Positions 1 to 14,286 of a DNA stretch of 64,000 nucleotides are shown here, in pieces. The notes under the pieces are model-generated. The model did no database searches, was not told where the DNA came from, and worked only from the letters and a program-made list of their open reading frames with translations. The stretch is from the human T2T-CHM13v2.0 reference genome, Homo sapiens, in assembly GCF_009914755.1 (NCBI RefSeq), contig NC_060934.1, one strand, 5' to 3'. Position 1 is the stretch's first letter. Each line of letters starts with the position of its first letter. The position numbers and the translations under genes were made by a program.

Positions 1-340
1 AAACAGCCACCTAACTAACAAACTTTGGGAACACAGTCCCTGGAGGTATGGAAAGAATACCACCACATCAGAAGCCAAGAGATCAGGGGTCAGCGCTAGT
101 AATTTAATCTGTGACCCTAGATCAAGTTTCTTAACCTGCACACCTCAGCTGGCTTCTCTGTAAGCTGTGAGACCCACCCAACATATGGGGCTTTCTGAAT
201 GACTGATTCCCGCGATCCAGGCCCAGGGCATGACCAACGACTGCCTTCCCATCGCTCCCTCTTCCTTCTAGCCCCTAAGCTCATCTGATTCTATGACTTA
301 AAGGAATGGTATAGAAAACTAAATGCCATAGGTATGTAAT

Positions 341-1162
341 TTTCTTTAATTTTTATTTTTATTTTAAGTTCTGGGATACAGGTGCAGGACGTGCAGGTTT
401 GTTACATGGGTAAACGTGCCATGGTGGTTTGCTGCACCTATCATCCCATCACCTAGGTATTAAGCCCCACATGCATTAGCTACTTTTCCTAATGCTCTCC
501 CTCCCTCCAATCCCACCTCCCGACAGGCCCCAGTGTGTGTTGTTCCCCTCCCTGTGTCCACATGTTCTCATTATTCAGCTCCCACTTATAAGTGAGAACA
601 TAAGGTGTCCAGTTTTCTGCTCCTGTGTTAGTTTGCTGAGGATGATGGCTTCCAGCTCTATCCATGTCCCTGCAAAGGACAGGGATCTCATTCCTTTTTA
701 TGGCTACATAGTATTCTATGGTGTGTATGTACATTTTCTTAATCCAGACTACCATTGGTGGGCATTTGGGTTGATGCCATGTCTTTGCTATTGTGAATAG
801 TGCTGTAATGAACATACGTGTGCATGTATCTTTATAACAGAATGGTTTATATTCCTTTGGATATATGCCCAGTAACAGGAGTGCTGAGTCAAACGGTATT
901 TCTGGTTCTAGATCTTTGAGGAATTGCCACACCATCTTCCACAATGGTTGGACTAATTTACATTCCCACCACCAAGAGTGTAAAAGCGTTCCTATTTCTC
1001 TGCAACTTTGCCAGCACCTGTTGTTTCTTGATTTTTTAATAATCACCATTCTGACTTGCAGGAGATGGTAACTGATTGTGGTTTTGATTTGCATTTCTCT
1101 AATGATCAGTGATATTGAGGGTTTTTTTTCCATGTTTGTTGGCTGCATGAATGTCTTCTTTT
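341..1162 (-). mobile_element. L1PA (approx. PA8-PA11) 3' fragment: ORF2 C-terminus, 3'UTR and A-tail
   Basis: T-rich tail at 341-365 and typical L1PA 3'UTR (GGTAAACGTGCCATGGTGGTTTGCTGCACC). ORF 489..1148(-) reads as the L1 ORF2p C-terminus (IREMQIKTT...HSWWWECKLVQPLWK...MFITALFTIAKTW). Confidence 0.93.
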
Positions 1163-1169
1163 AGGTACG

Positions 1170-1341
1170 AACAGATTTAATGTGTCCCAAACCAAATGAT
1201 ACAGTTTCATGAAATAATTACCCTTCCTACATGAAATGCATCTTAATATTTTCTGTTTTATTCTATTTCATGCTTGTTATCACCCCCAAAATTAATGTCA
1301 TTGCCCACTAGTAGACTGTGTCTTGGAGTTTGAAAAACTGT
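1170..1341. mobile_element. Old hAT-Charlie-type MER fragment
   Basis: Ends in GAGTTTGAAAAACTGTG, resembling a Charlie-type terminus (consensus-like CAGTTTGAAAAACACTG). Family not assigned. Confidence 0.4.
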
Positions 1342-1957
1342 GTAGAAGGCCTGCTTTTGTATAGCTAAAACATATCAGTGAAAACAGAACGGAAAATGTT
1401 GAAGCTTATGCCCTAAAAATGCTGAACACAGCTGAGATGAACTTCTCTCAAAACGACAAGAACAACAACATTTCTGCTTACTTTCAGGACAGACTTGGCT
1501 CACCTCTGAACCCCTGTCCTTTTGGCTAATTCCCATACATCTTCCATCCCCACCCGCGATACCTTGTCCTCTGAAAGCCTTTCCTGAACCTCCGAATCAG
1601 GACTTGGTTCCCTTTTACATGTTCTCAAAGCACCCAAGCAATCATCTACATATAGTGCTTAGCACAGCAAACGGCCGATAGTGACAAGTCAATACATGTT
1701 AGAATATATTGCCATAGTTTGTTTACTTTTTGATTTTTCCAATAGATTGTACGCTTATTAGGAATTCTTGCCCACAGGGAAAAAATTTCAGGATGACAAG
1801 GATTCTGCTTCTGCAGATATTTAAACCACCAGATAGAAATTTTTTTCTTTTAACACTTAGCCGCAGTCCTTTAGGTGTTACAAGGTTAAAAAAAGAAAAA
1901 CCCAAAAGATGTGTTCTTGATATCAGCTAACACTCCAGTTAAAGGCGAAAAGAGCTA

Positions 1958-2301
<344 letters not shown>

Positions 2302-3833
2302 TCATGAATTAAGTGCCCAGTGAGGAGACAGCTGCCAACGTATAGGTGAGTTTGCAGTGCAAGCCGAGTGCTGTGAGTTCATGGGCAGGTAAAACTCTCT
2401 GAAACGCTGGAGAGAACCTGAATGGCACTTGTATACATTGGTAGATAAAGCATTTAAAGGGTTCCTCCTGTTCTTAGAAAAGGATCAAACTCCTTCGTAT
2501 GACTTAACGCAGGACAACTCTACAGGACAGTCTGCCCAGGACAATCTGGGTTTGTACCTGTTACCCAAGCTTAGTGATTAATAACGTGCTCTTTCACTCT
2601 ATAAACAGTCCCCATCTGGAGGATAACGTATATGGTTCACCTGCTTACAGGTCCTATGTGATCTGGCACAGCTGACTCCTCCAGCTCCACCCAGCAATAG
2701 CCCACACACTGGCACATGCTCCTTTCTCGCAGCATCACTGCTATCAGAGATCACAATTTTCTTCACTTTGCAAATGGAGAGAATGACACTCCAAGAAGTT
2801 CACTGGTTAAGGTCATATGGCAAATTAGGATGGGGAGCAGAGGTTTAAATGGAAGCTGTGATGCTTACTCTGCTCATTTCCACTCATCTGCAAGGCTTAG
2901 ACTGGACTGCACTGGGATTCCAGACTCACATGCTGCAGGGACATTCTACAAACACTGTTCCTACCTCCCAGAACCCCCATCTGGCTCACTGCCACTTCCC
3001 CTTCAGGTCTCAGTTGAGCCGTCACTGACAGCTCTGCGACACCCCAAATCTAGCTGTGCACATAATACCAAGTGTGTCCCCTACTGAAACACTAACACAA
3101 TCATTCTGCACATATTTGTTCACAACTTGGTATGTGTCAGGCCCTGTTAGAGTGGCTGGGGACACATGTAGGGACAAAATGCCAGCCCTCATGGAGTTTC
3201 ATGCTAGAGGAAAAAAGAGACAGAAAGGAAACTAGCAAATATAAAACAGAGTTGCATGACATTATAAACTGATACAAAATAGTACAAATATCTCATGAAT
3301 TCATCACAATTCATTATAATTTCCTATTTGCCTGACCACATCTCCCTGTGGGTTTTGCAGCACGGTGTGTGATCTGAGGCTTGCAACAAAGGCCTGGTGA
3401 ATTCAATAGCAGTTTCCCTTTCCATTCTCTCCATTGTCCTGGGAACTTGTCCTGCTCTGATAACATACAAAAGATAATTATATCTGTAACTAATCTTCTA
3501 AAAAGCATCTGTCCCACACATTCAGGGTTATTAACACTGATGCCATGTTCACTTTATTCTCAACAACTACTCATTTCTGAATCATAAGGTTCCTCATGGA
3601 GGTGGAGATAACCCTACCTACCGGGACATTCTGTTTATGTTTTAGGGACTGTCCTTTCCATGGCTTCCCTAGTCCCTCAGGTGCTGTGTGAGTTGTATTT
3701 CCTCCATTAATTCTACACTAGAAAAAGGTGTATATGCTCAAGCTGGGATAGGAAATAAACAATGAACTCAGGAGTAGCATCAGCCCAGAGATCCCTGCCA
3801 TTGGGCATTCAATGATTGGGTAAAAAGTTAACT

Positions 3834-4861
<1,028 letters not shown>

Positions 4862-4929
4862 GTTAACTGGTAGGTCACCTGGGACTGCGGTTTAAAGCAA
4901 ATGCTTGATGGTTAGACTAATCTGGATGG

Positions 4930-5130
4930 TCCAACTAACCTGACTCTACCACTGACTGGTTATAAGACCTGGACAAGGGGCTCTACCCCTTGAGCCTCAG
5001 TTTCCTCATCTGAAAAACTGGAATAATAATAATATCTAATTTATAAAGGCTTTTGGAGGTTAAATGAAGCAGTAATGCCTCTTACATATAAATAAAATTC
5101 TGAGTATGATATACAGCACATAAATTCTAA
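4930..5130 (+). mobile_element. MIR
   Basis: Core motif GAGCCTCAGTTTCCTCATCTGAAAAACTGGAATAATAAT. Confidence 0.75.
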
Positions 5131-8100
5131 ATAATAAAGACTCAAAACCATATTTCATTGGTTTTGTTGATGCTGATTATTATTATTATAATTAATACTA
5201 TTAGCTTAATTCAAAAGCTAACATCAACCTACAGCAACCTGCAGAAAGATGTCCTGCCAAATACTTGCTAATTTAATCCAGGAGCAAAAATCTATGATTC
5301 TGGGCTTGAGTGAGCTTTCCTAATTTTAAAACTCTGATGCTCATTTTGTCCCCAAGAATGTGTTTAGATGACAGAGCAATCAGAATTTGACATGTATAAA
5401 TGCTTGGCATGTTAAAATAATGAAAGATATTTTCACCATTGTAAGGAAACAGCTTTTAATCCATCTCTCTGGTTCAACATCACATTTTTCTATAGTTTCT
5501 CATGACTTCTTCCTTAACAATTGGAATAGGTATGAAAAAGCTGAGCTGAACACATAGCTGCTTAGAAATGAGCTGCTTAAAGTGTTAAAACAACAGAAAC
5601 AGCAAGCATGAGTTTAATGCTATGTATGCCGTCACAATACTAATTTCTCTATTTTAAATTACAGATTACACACACACATACACACACACACGGAATCACG
5701 TCTATATTGCTGGGATTTTCATTATATAACAATATATCATTTTAAATGATTTGAGGCAAATTATTGAAAAAAATTAAAGACTGAACTCCATAAAAAGGAA
5801 ATCACCTGAAATCAAATATAACCTTGTTAACAAACCAGCACATTAGCAACATTTTTAGGGGCAACAACATAATCAGCAACTCTAAGACATCAATCAAATG
5901 CATTAAAAACAGGAAGTACTAACTCTAATTCCTAATTTCCAGAAAGGCAAATATACCATAATTAAATAACACGTTATAAGGAGATTTGTCTGTGTAGGTC
6001 TACTTCTGAATCCCCGAAGTTACATACTTGTACCACAAGCCCATACTCTTGAAAGAAAATTCTGGACCCAGTCCACATGGAATTTTGGTTAAAACATCTA
6101 ATTCATTGCAGAGAAGAATTTAGTCTTTTCCACGGAAGAGACAGCATGTGTTAGAATGAGAATACTTTATAGAAATGACCAGTGACAAGCCGGCTATGTA
6201 AGGGGGCTTCTGATGCCTGGCGTTAACAAGAGACAGAGAGTATTATTGTTGAAAGGGATCTTTGAGATTACAGAAGGAGCTGAGGTGTGAATAATCGAAC
6301 ACCATCCCCTTGTTGCCTGAAGGAGAAGTGAGACAGCAAAACAAATCAAATTTCCAGGAGCTGCACCGTGTATGGTGAGCGAAGACGCAATGAGGACATG
6401 TCTGTAGGAGAACAGAGGTAGAAGTTAGCTCCTCAAGTAACAGTTGCCATCCCGAGGCACCACAGCACAAGACAGTAGCGGAAATGAACATGACAACGCG
6501 GATGGTGGGTGACAAGAGTCTTGCCTGGATATTGACATTTTTAAAGTGTAGAAGAAAATCGCAGGTCACTGAAACAAAGGCTGATGGTGCCCAGCAGGTT
6601 ACTCTTGAAATCAGAAACAGAAGTTCATGAGAGGCAAGAAGACAGAAACAACAACTGAAAAACTTAGAGTGGATCGCTAACTTGCAGGAGCTGTGCAGCT
6701 TTGGCTTTGCAGGTTTTAGAAGCTCTCCCTACGCCACGTCTTTAAATATATGTATGTTCAATCAGCAGGAGGAAGGGACTAACAAGAGCCTTCTGCGGTA
6801 AGCACCTGCATCAAACAATGGCACTGATCTCAGAGGGATTTTAAACAGCTGTGCATAAACTTCAAAAGTAATTTGCAACCATATTAGTAAATGTCACTCT
6901 TCTTCCCGCTAGACACAGCACTTTTAAAAGAGATTAAGCATCCGCAGTAAGCCTGCCATTTTACAAGGGTTACCAAAGATAAGTTAGGGAAAATATGAAG
7001 ATGATGATTCACAAGGTCGGGGTGTGGGGTGGGGTGGGGGACCCAGGACCTTAGGAATAGGGCTTGTCTATCACACAGCCTCGGGCAAGAAGGGCCCAGT
7101 GGGGACCATGGCTTCTAGGGAGCAAACCAAGGGAAAAGAGCAACGGAGTGGACCCTCCAGGCTTCTTGCCTCTCTCACGGAGCCTCACGAATCCCAGTGG
7201 TTTAGAATTTTCTTTGGCAAAAGAAAAGGTCAAAGAGGCCGGAGTTGACAGAAAGCATGGGCGGACTTCTCAGATCTTGTAGGTGGTTCTTAAAAGAATT
7301 CAGCAGGCTTGAGGTGTGCTCTCAAAGGGCAACTGGAACGTCAAGGACTTGGACACCAGGCACAGATGGTTCATTTCCCATGGACAGGAAGAGGGCACGG
7401 AGTGCTCCCTCTTCCCTCCACCTTCTCCAGCCTAGTCCCCCTCAGCCTGTGCCACTCCTGAATCATCTTTTATAGCACCACGTCCAGCCCGCACAGGGGC
7501 AGGACAGCCCAGGGAACAAGGCAGTCCTGTGGCGCTCTCCTTGCAGAAATGACCGGAGTCTCCCAATCCAGCCAGCCCGTGGACCTCTCTTCATGCCCAC
7601 GGGGGAGTGCACACGCCTGTAGCATTCAACAGTCACTCTCCCATTGATAACGGTGGCTCTCGAAAATCCAATACCACAAAGATACTTTATTGCACAAACT
7701 TTGCTTGGTTAACCTGGCCCTCAAAGCTGGGGAATAACCTCACTTGAGGCTACAGGAATGAGCACGCAGATTTTTCTTTTTTTTTTTTGGTATCTTTCAA
7801 AGACCTGCCTCCCCCTCCCCCAGGCCCTTGACCAGAAACTTGGCTTGTTTAGAAGCCTGAGCAATGGCACCCCCGTCCGTGCTCCAATACATTCCCAGAA
7901 AAGGGGTTATGCTCCCCTGTGGACAGGATACCATCTCCAGAAAACATGTTTCCTCACGCATTTTTTTTTTTTTTTTTTTACCAAGAATACAAAAACTTTC
8001 CACCTTCTTCCCTCCCCGCAGGCCCCCTTTCGTTCAGGTGAGAAGGAAAAGGGAGAAGAAAGGAGGAAGCGCCCCCAGGCCGGCGGCCCCCACCCGGCTA

Positions 8101-8354
8101 AGGTCGCCAGCATCCCGCATCCCGTGCGACCTGCGTCCCAGAAACCCAGCGGGGAAATTCTTCCCGGTGCGCTCTTGCGCCCGCTTGGTTCCATTTCCTA
8201 CTCCGCCTGCTCACCCGGCAGCCCTCACCCCTTCCCGGAGGCTCTCCGAGGGGCCCGGGTAGCCCTTCCCGCCACGGGTCTCGGCCCCTCCAGCCCGCTC
8301 CCTCCCGGCGGCGGCGCGGGGCGCGGGGCCCTACCTGGAGCGAGCACGGCGCCG

Positions 8355-8373
8355 CTGCTGCCCGGTGGCGCTG
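8355..8373 (+). promoter_or_regulatory. Weaker CTCF-like motif
   Basis: CTGCTGCCCGGTGGCGCTG keeps the GGTGGCGC 3' half of the core and deviates in the 5' half. Confidence 0.4.
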
Positions 8374-8451
8374 GGACTGCGCGGGGACTGCGCGGGGACT
8401 GGCGGGGCTGGCGGGGCTGGCGGGGCTGGCGGGGCTGGCGGGGCTGGCGGG
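8368..8451 (+). repeat. G-rich tandem repeat: (GCGCGGGGACT)2 + (GGCGGGGCT)5 + GGCGGG
   Basis: Read directly: 11-mers at 8379-8400 (degenerate copy 8368-8378), perfect 9-mers at 8401-8445, partial unit to 8451. Confidence 0.97.
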
Positions 8452-8483
8452 CCCGGCGCACTGCGGGTGCGCCTAGAAGGCGG

Positions 8484-8502
8484 TGCCCGCCAGGGGGCGC
8501 TC
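8484..8502 (+). promoter_or_regulatory. Strong CTCF core motif
   Basis: TGCCCGCCAGGGGGCGCTC against the known consensus TGGCCACCAGGGGGCGCTA; the core CCGCCAGGGGGCGC is canonical. Confidence 0.75.
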
Positions 8503-8649
8503 GCCAGCCTCCCCGCCAGCCCGGCCTCCCGGGACCCGGCACCTCTAGCCAGGGACGCGCGCTCGGTCCCCCGCCGTGCGCCCCCCGTCCCGCGCCCAGG
8601 CTCCCGCCCCTGGCCTCCTTACCAGCCACTTGTCGCCCAGCTGCGAACT

Positions 8650-9049
8650 GGAGCGGGAGGCGGCGGCCGGAGGGCCCAGGACAGCCCCGGGAGGGCGGCG
8701 AGGCGGAGCAGGAGCGCCCCGGCTCCGGCCACATTCTCAGAGTCAGGAAAAGGGGCGAGAGGCCACATGTCTCCCTCTCGCCCAACTGAAAACGAAACGG
8801 CGCTCCAGCAGATTGGGTGGAAAGAGCTGGGTCTCTTTTCTCTGTTTTTCACGCTAGAAAGGGCTTGTAAACATTGTTCCTTTTAAAATGACCTACCCCA
8901 GGCATTTGTTTGGGCACACTTCTGTCCTGGGGTCATCGTTCCTAGGTGGCTTCGGACCTGGGACTTTTCCTGTATCTGCACATTGTCGTTTTATACACAA
9001 TTGCCAAGGTGGGACTGCTTTCAACTTTACTGTGCTTGAAGCTGCAAAG
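8650..9049 (+). ncRNA. Candidate first exon (5' end unknown)
   Basis: Runs out of the CGI and ends at a good donor GCAAAG|GTAATG. Alternative donor CAAG|GTGGGA at 9008/9009. Confidence 0.55.
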
Positions 9050-9391
9050 GTAATGTTGCCGCCGTGCGTGTCATTTTAGGACTTTTTATGCCTTGCGGGT
9101 AATACTAATGATGGTCACAGGGAGGATAAACGGGGTGGTTTCTTTTTCTATACTCCATGTAACTAATTTCTCATTCAGGTTAGAAAATTATATGTCTGGT
9201 TACTAATATTCTTACTGAATGGTTTCCTTGCAATGATGACACCAAATAATTAAAACGTACTTGATTAAGACTTTTGTTGCTGTAGTGTACTAAGATCAGA
9301 TTAATCTGAGAAGTAAAATAGTAATTTTTTGTCCTTTTTTCTTTTCTTGTTTTGAGAGAGACATTAAAAACGATTAAAACAAAACAAAACA

Positions 9392-9689
<298 letters not shown>

Positions 9690-10466
9690 GGTTTAACAAA
9701 AGCCAAAAGTTGAATTAGCAGCCTTCTGATCATGGGAATGTAGGATGTCAACTAAAAAGAACCTCAGAGGTTGGGAAGGCAGATGAAAAACTGAGGCCCC
9801 GAAGTGTTTCAAGACTTGATTAAATCACTCAGGTCTGCACTAGGAAGCGAGTTATGATGATGCCCCTAATCTATATGAACCCAAATAAAGCCAAAACACA
9901 CACACCTTTTAAGGATAAAACTATATTCCATTAAAATTAGCCCCGCATTTGTCAATATCTAACAGCATTGGACTGACCCTCAGGCCAGAGGCTGTAGCTC
10001 TTGGAAGATCCTAGCCAGGAGGTTTGAGAGTGGCCAGTACCTCGGAAGTGCTGGCTCACTCTGACATCATCAGAACCTGGCATACAGTAGGCGCTCATTG
10101 GGTATTTGCTATGGAAATTAGGCAGGAAAGTGCGTCTGTGTCTGGAAACAAAGAGGCAAAGCTTAAGCAGTGATCCCCATGCAGATTCTTTCTGCAAACT
10201 ACAAAACAGAAGCTTCCCTAGTTCAGACTGCCATCCATCTGGCTCTTTCTCCAATTGTTTTTCAGCGGATCCTGTTACAGTGCAAAGAAGAAATGGCAAA
10301 CGGATAACAGCTACTGTGCCTAGAAGATGGTAGATTCCTCACGCTCCATATCTGGGTTTCTCATTGACAATTAGGCACTGAAAGGAAGCTCATATGTCCT
10401 GTTAATTTAATCAGTAGTTAGTGGCTTTAGAAAAAGTTTCATATATACACCAGGTATGATAAGGAC

Positions 10467-10799
<333 letters not shown>

Positions 10800-10960
10800 T
10801 AATATTCATAATCTGATGTGATATGTATCATCATCATTATCATCTCTCTTTAACAGAAGAGACTAACAAGGCTTAGAAAGGTTATGTACCTCGCTCAAGA
10901 TCCCACAATTACTAAAGTACCAGAACCAAGATTCAAACCCAGGTCAGGCTGGAGCCACCA
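10800..10960 (-). mobile_element. MIR
   Basis: AGGCTTAGAAAGGTTA...CTCAAGATCCCACA...CAAGATTCAAACCCAGGTC. Confidence 0.65.
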
Positions 10961-10990
10961 TCTCAAGAGCTGCTGAATAATTAATTCTCC

Positions 10991-11359
<369 letters not shown>

Positions 11360-11804
11360 TGAGGACTCTTGGCTACTCAATTGTCCTATAATCGTATAGT
11401 CCTACAACAGGAAACCCGTTAACCTGAAGATCAGATCTTTTAAAACAACATCCATCATATATCTACAAAATTGGGATTTTTTTATCGTAAAATTTCATCT
11501 AAAACAAAAAATTCACATCTGTTCTTGGTATCCATTAGGTGTAGCGGACACCTCTAGATATTCTTGATGCCAGCATCCTGTAGACCCGCCATCTCCTTTC
11601 CCAGGCCATGGGGTGTTTCTGTTTTCTATTAGACACTGTCTCTTAGTTATATAAACGTGGCTGCTCTCAGAAGTTCTCCACACCTTTGTTTCCTGGAAGA
11701 GGAAATGGCATTTCCTGGAGGGGATGACACGTGGGCGGTGAGGTTCCACTCACTACGTTAAACACACCCTAACTTTCAGCTGTGTACTTCTTTTCCTCTT
11801 TCAG

Positions 11805-12161
11805 GTTCTGCCCTGATGTTTCCTGGAATAATGCTGAGGACTGCCTTTCGGGTAGCCGCCCTATTCAGTTCACTTCATCTCGGAAATACCTGACCCCTGC
11901 CTTGGATCCAGCGGCCCTCCTGAGAGCTGAGGAAGGAGGAAATCCTATGTGTCTGCTCCCGGAGCTGCCACAACCCATCTTCCCACAACTCGGAACTTGG
12001 AAAAAGGAACCCAGGACACGACTTTGCTTTTCTTTTGGACCTAGTTGGTGATTATACTCTGTCTCCCATGGAGACCACGTCTTGCATCCTTCCTTCTATA
12101 TGGGATTTAGGATAGAAATTAAAAAGAAAACATATTATTTTGAGTCTTGATTTGGAGAAAG
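11805..12161 (+). ncRNA. Candidate second exon
   Basis: Branch point CCCTAAC (11767-11773), pyrimidine tract and TTTCAG|G acceptor at 11804/11805. The 3' end is uncertain: donor AAAG|GTAGTA at 12161/12162, or read-through to AATAAA at 12408-12413. Confidence 0.5.
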
Positions 12162-12661
12162 GTAGTATTCAGGAGGAAGTAGGCTATGATACACATAGAA
12201 AATTTGAGGACAGTGTTACTTAACAAGGACATTTCTGTCTCTGCAGAAGTCACAGCTTGGAGGAAACCAGTTTGCACTATTTGATGAGGAATTTGGCCAC
12301 CAAACCACTGATACTTTCCCAAAGGTTTGGCAGAAATTGTTTTTTGAGTGGCTCACCAGAGTACCCAGAAGAATCAGTATAGAATTAGAGGACAGTGGCC
12401 TACCCTAAATAAAGACATGAGTGATGTATAAAGTCTAGTGTCAATTTATTCAGAAAATATCAAAATTATTCTGGGAGCTATGGGTCAAAGTTGATAGGCA
12501 CAAACAAACAAAAACGAAAGGTATTTTAAATTCACAGCTTGGATAAGTAAAAGGGAGATGTTGTCATTTCTCTTCTTCAATCCAACTTTAGATTTTCAAG
12601 CCGGAAAAAGGGTAATTAGAAGTTAGAAATTGTTATTGCCAGAAAATAGCTCTAAACCCTG

Positions 12662-12687
12662 AAAAAAAAAAAAAAAAAAAAAAAAAA
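12662..12687 (+). repeat. Isolated A26 homopolymer
   Basis: Direct count; no Alu or L1 body recognisable immediately upstream. Confidence 0.9.
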
Positions 12688-12999
12688 CTGACCCTCCTCT
12701 TGGGGAGTGATAAACCTCAATTACTGTTGATAGTAAAACTGATATCAACTCTTCGAAACCAGTGAAAGGTGAATGGAAACCTTACCCTAGGTTAAGGTTT
12801 AAAAAATGTTCATAATATATATTTGAAAGTTCCATTATTTAAAATATTCATTAGACATGCTTTGTAATGTTAAGTTACTTCAAAAAATCTTACACAAGGG
12901 AAGGGAAGTATGTATTATTCCTTCATTTAAGAGAAAGATAATGTGTGAATATTAGTTAATATTTATCGTACATTTACTACCTGTGTCGAAGCGTAGTGT

Positions 13000-13200
13000 T
13001 ACACACTTAATTTCAATTATTTAATTTGATTCTAACAATGAATCCCCTGAGATGGATAATATCCTCTTCATTTTACAGATGAGACAATTGAGACTTAAAG
13101 GTTAAACAAATGATTTCCTAAGCTCATTCAGCTAATAAACGGTAGGGGACTGCTTGACACCAGTCCAGTTGACCCTCAAATCCATGATTTCTGCCACCAT
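13000..13200 (-). mobile_element. MIR
   Basis: CATTTTACAGATGAGACAATTGAGACTTAAAGGTTAA core. Confidence 0.7.
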
Positions 13201-14243
13201 ATTCACAGAAACAAGACAAGAGCTGAAAATATAGCCTGACTCTTGAAACAGTCAAAGAATTGTGTATGTTTATGAAAGTTCTGATTAATAAGATATTCTG
13301 AGGACAAAAGACAAGGCATGGGTAGAGGGGCAATGTGTAGATTAGAATGTATCACAATGCCCACTAAATAGTAAAACCATAGAAAATGAAATTTAATCCT
13401 TACTGTGTAGAATATTTAGAGTAGATTGTTTTTTCCTCGGTGTCAATTACTATTACAACTATCAAAGAATGAAATTAAACAAGAAACGGTTCCTTTGGTT
13501 TTTTTTTTTAAAGGTGGGAGTTATAAAAACAGTATTTGCCATCTGGTTTTAGTTATGGCTGTGGAAATTCTATGGGTACAATTTGTTGTCATTGTTGTTA
13601 CCACTACCAATACAGAGATGCTAATTGTAACATCAGTTTCTAAATCAGATAGTGAATAATTACATTTTCAATGTTTTCTTAACATAGATACAAGTTAACA
13701 GGATATGCTTCTGGCCTGTTTCTGGATTCTAAGGGTAGAACCAGCATAAAACTAGTCAGTCCAAGTATTTCTAAAGATCCACAGACACAGTTCTCCTGGA
13801 TTTGGGAAGCCTAGAGATATTAGCACAATAATTAAGGCCCAAGTGAGTATAAAATTTTATCTGAAATTGAAGAGATATTGATTAGATAATCCACAGAGAC
13901 TACTTTTTAGTGATTATCTTCCACCAGGGTAAAAGCAACAGCAGCCTGAAAATGCAAAAGACCATACATTTTAATGGTAAGTCCTCCCCAGGAAGGATTA
14001 ATAAATCTCAGGAGGAAGATTTATTATCTGTAAATCCAGGAGGAAGAAATCAAGATGAAAACTATCATATTTATAAATTTGATTGTTGCAATTTTATAGT
14101 TTGACATAGTGCAATTGCTTTAGATTTGAAGGGGAACTTACTTTAGAGTAAGTCACTCAATCTCTTTTTTGGAAAGGCAAATGCCACACCTGATCCTCAT
14201 CACTCCCTTCTCCTTTGTCCATAGCCTGGCTTTATTCTGCCAT

Positions 14244-14245
<2 letters not shown>

Positions 14246-14284
<39 letters not shown>
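14246..14284. repeat. (CA)~19 microsatellite
   Basis: Direct reading. Confidence 0.97.

Positions 14285-14286
<2 letters not shown>

Larger units (their letters stand above)
8010..8810. promoter_or_regulatory. CpG island / probable promoter
   Basis: About 800 bp of very GC- and CpG-rich non-repeat sequence in a CpG-depleted background. Many GC boxes, reverse CCAAT (ATTGG 8812-8816) and a downstream splice donor at 9049/9050. Confidence 0.9.

Noticed and set aside
489-1148. 219-aa ORF on -
   Set aside because: It is the C-terminus of L1 ORF2p running into the 3'UTR of a truncated L1, not a host gene.
7758-8789. 343-aa ORF (+) and overlapping 173- and 186-aa ORFs over the CpG island
   Set aside because: Low-complexity P/G/R/A sequence crossing poly-T runs and the tandem repeat. 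Stop-codon scarcity in GC-rich DNA explains it, and no domain is recognisable.
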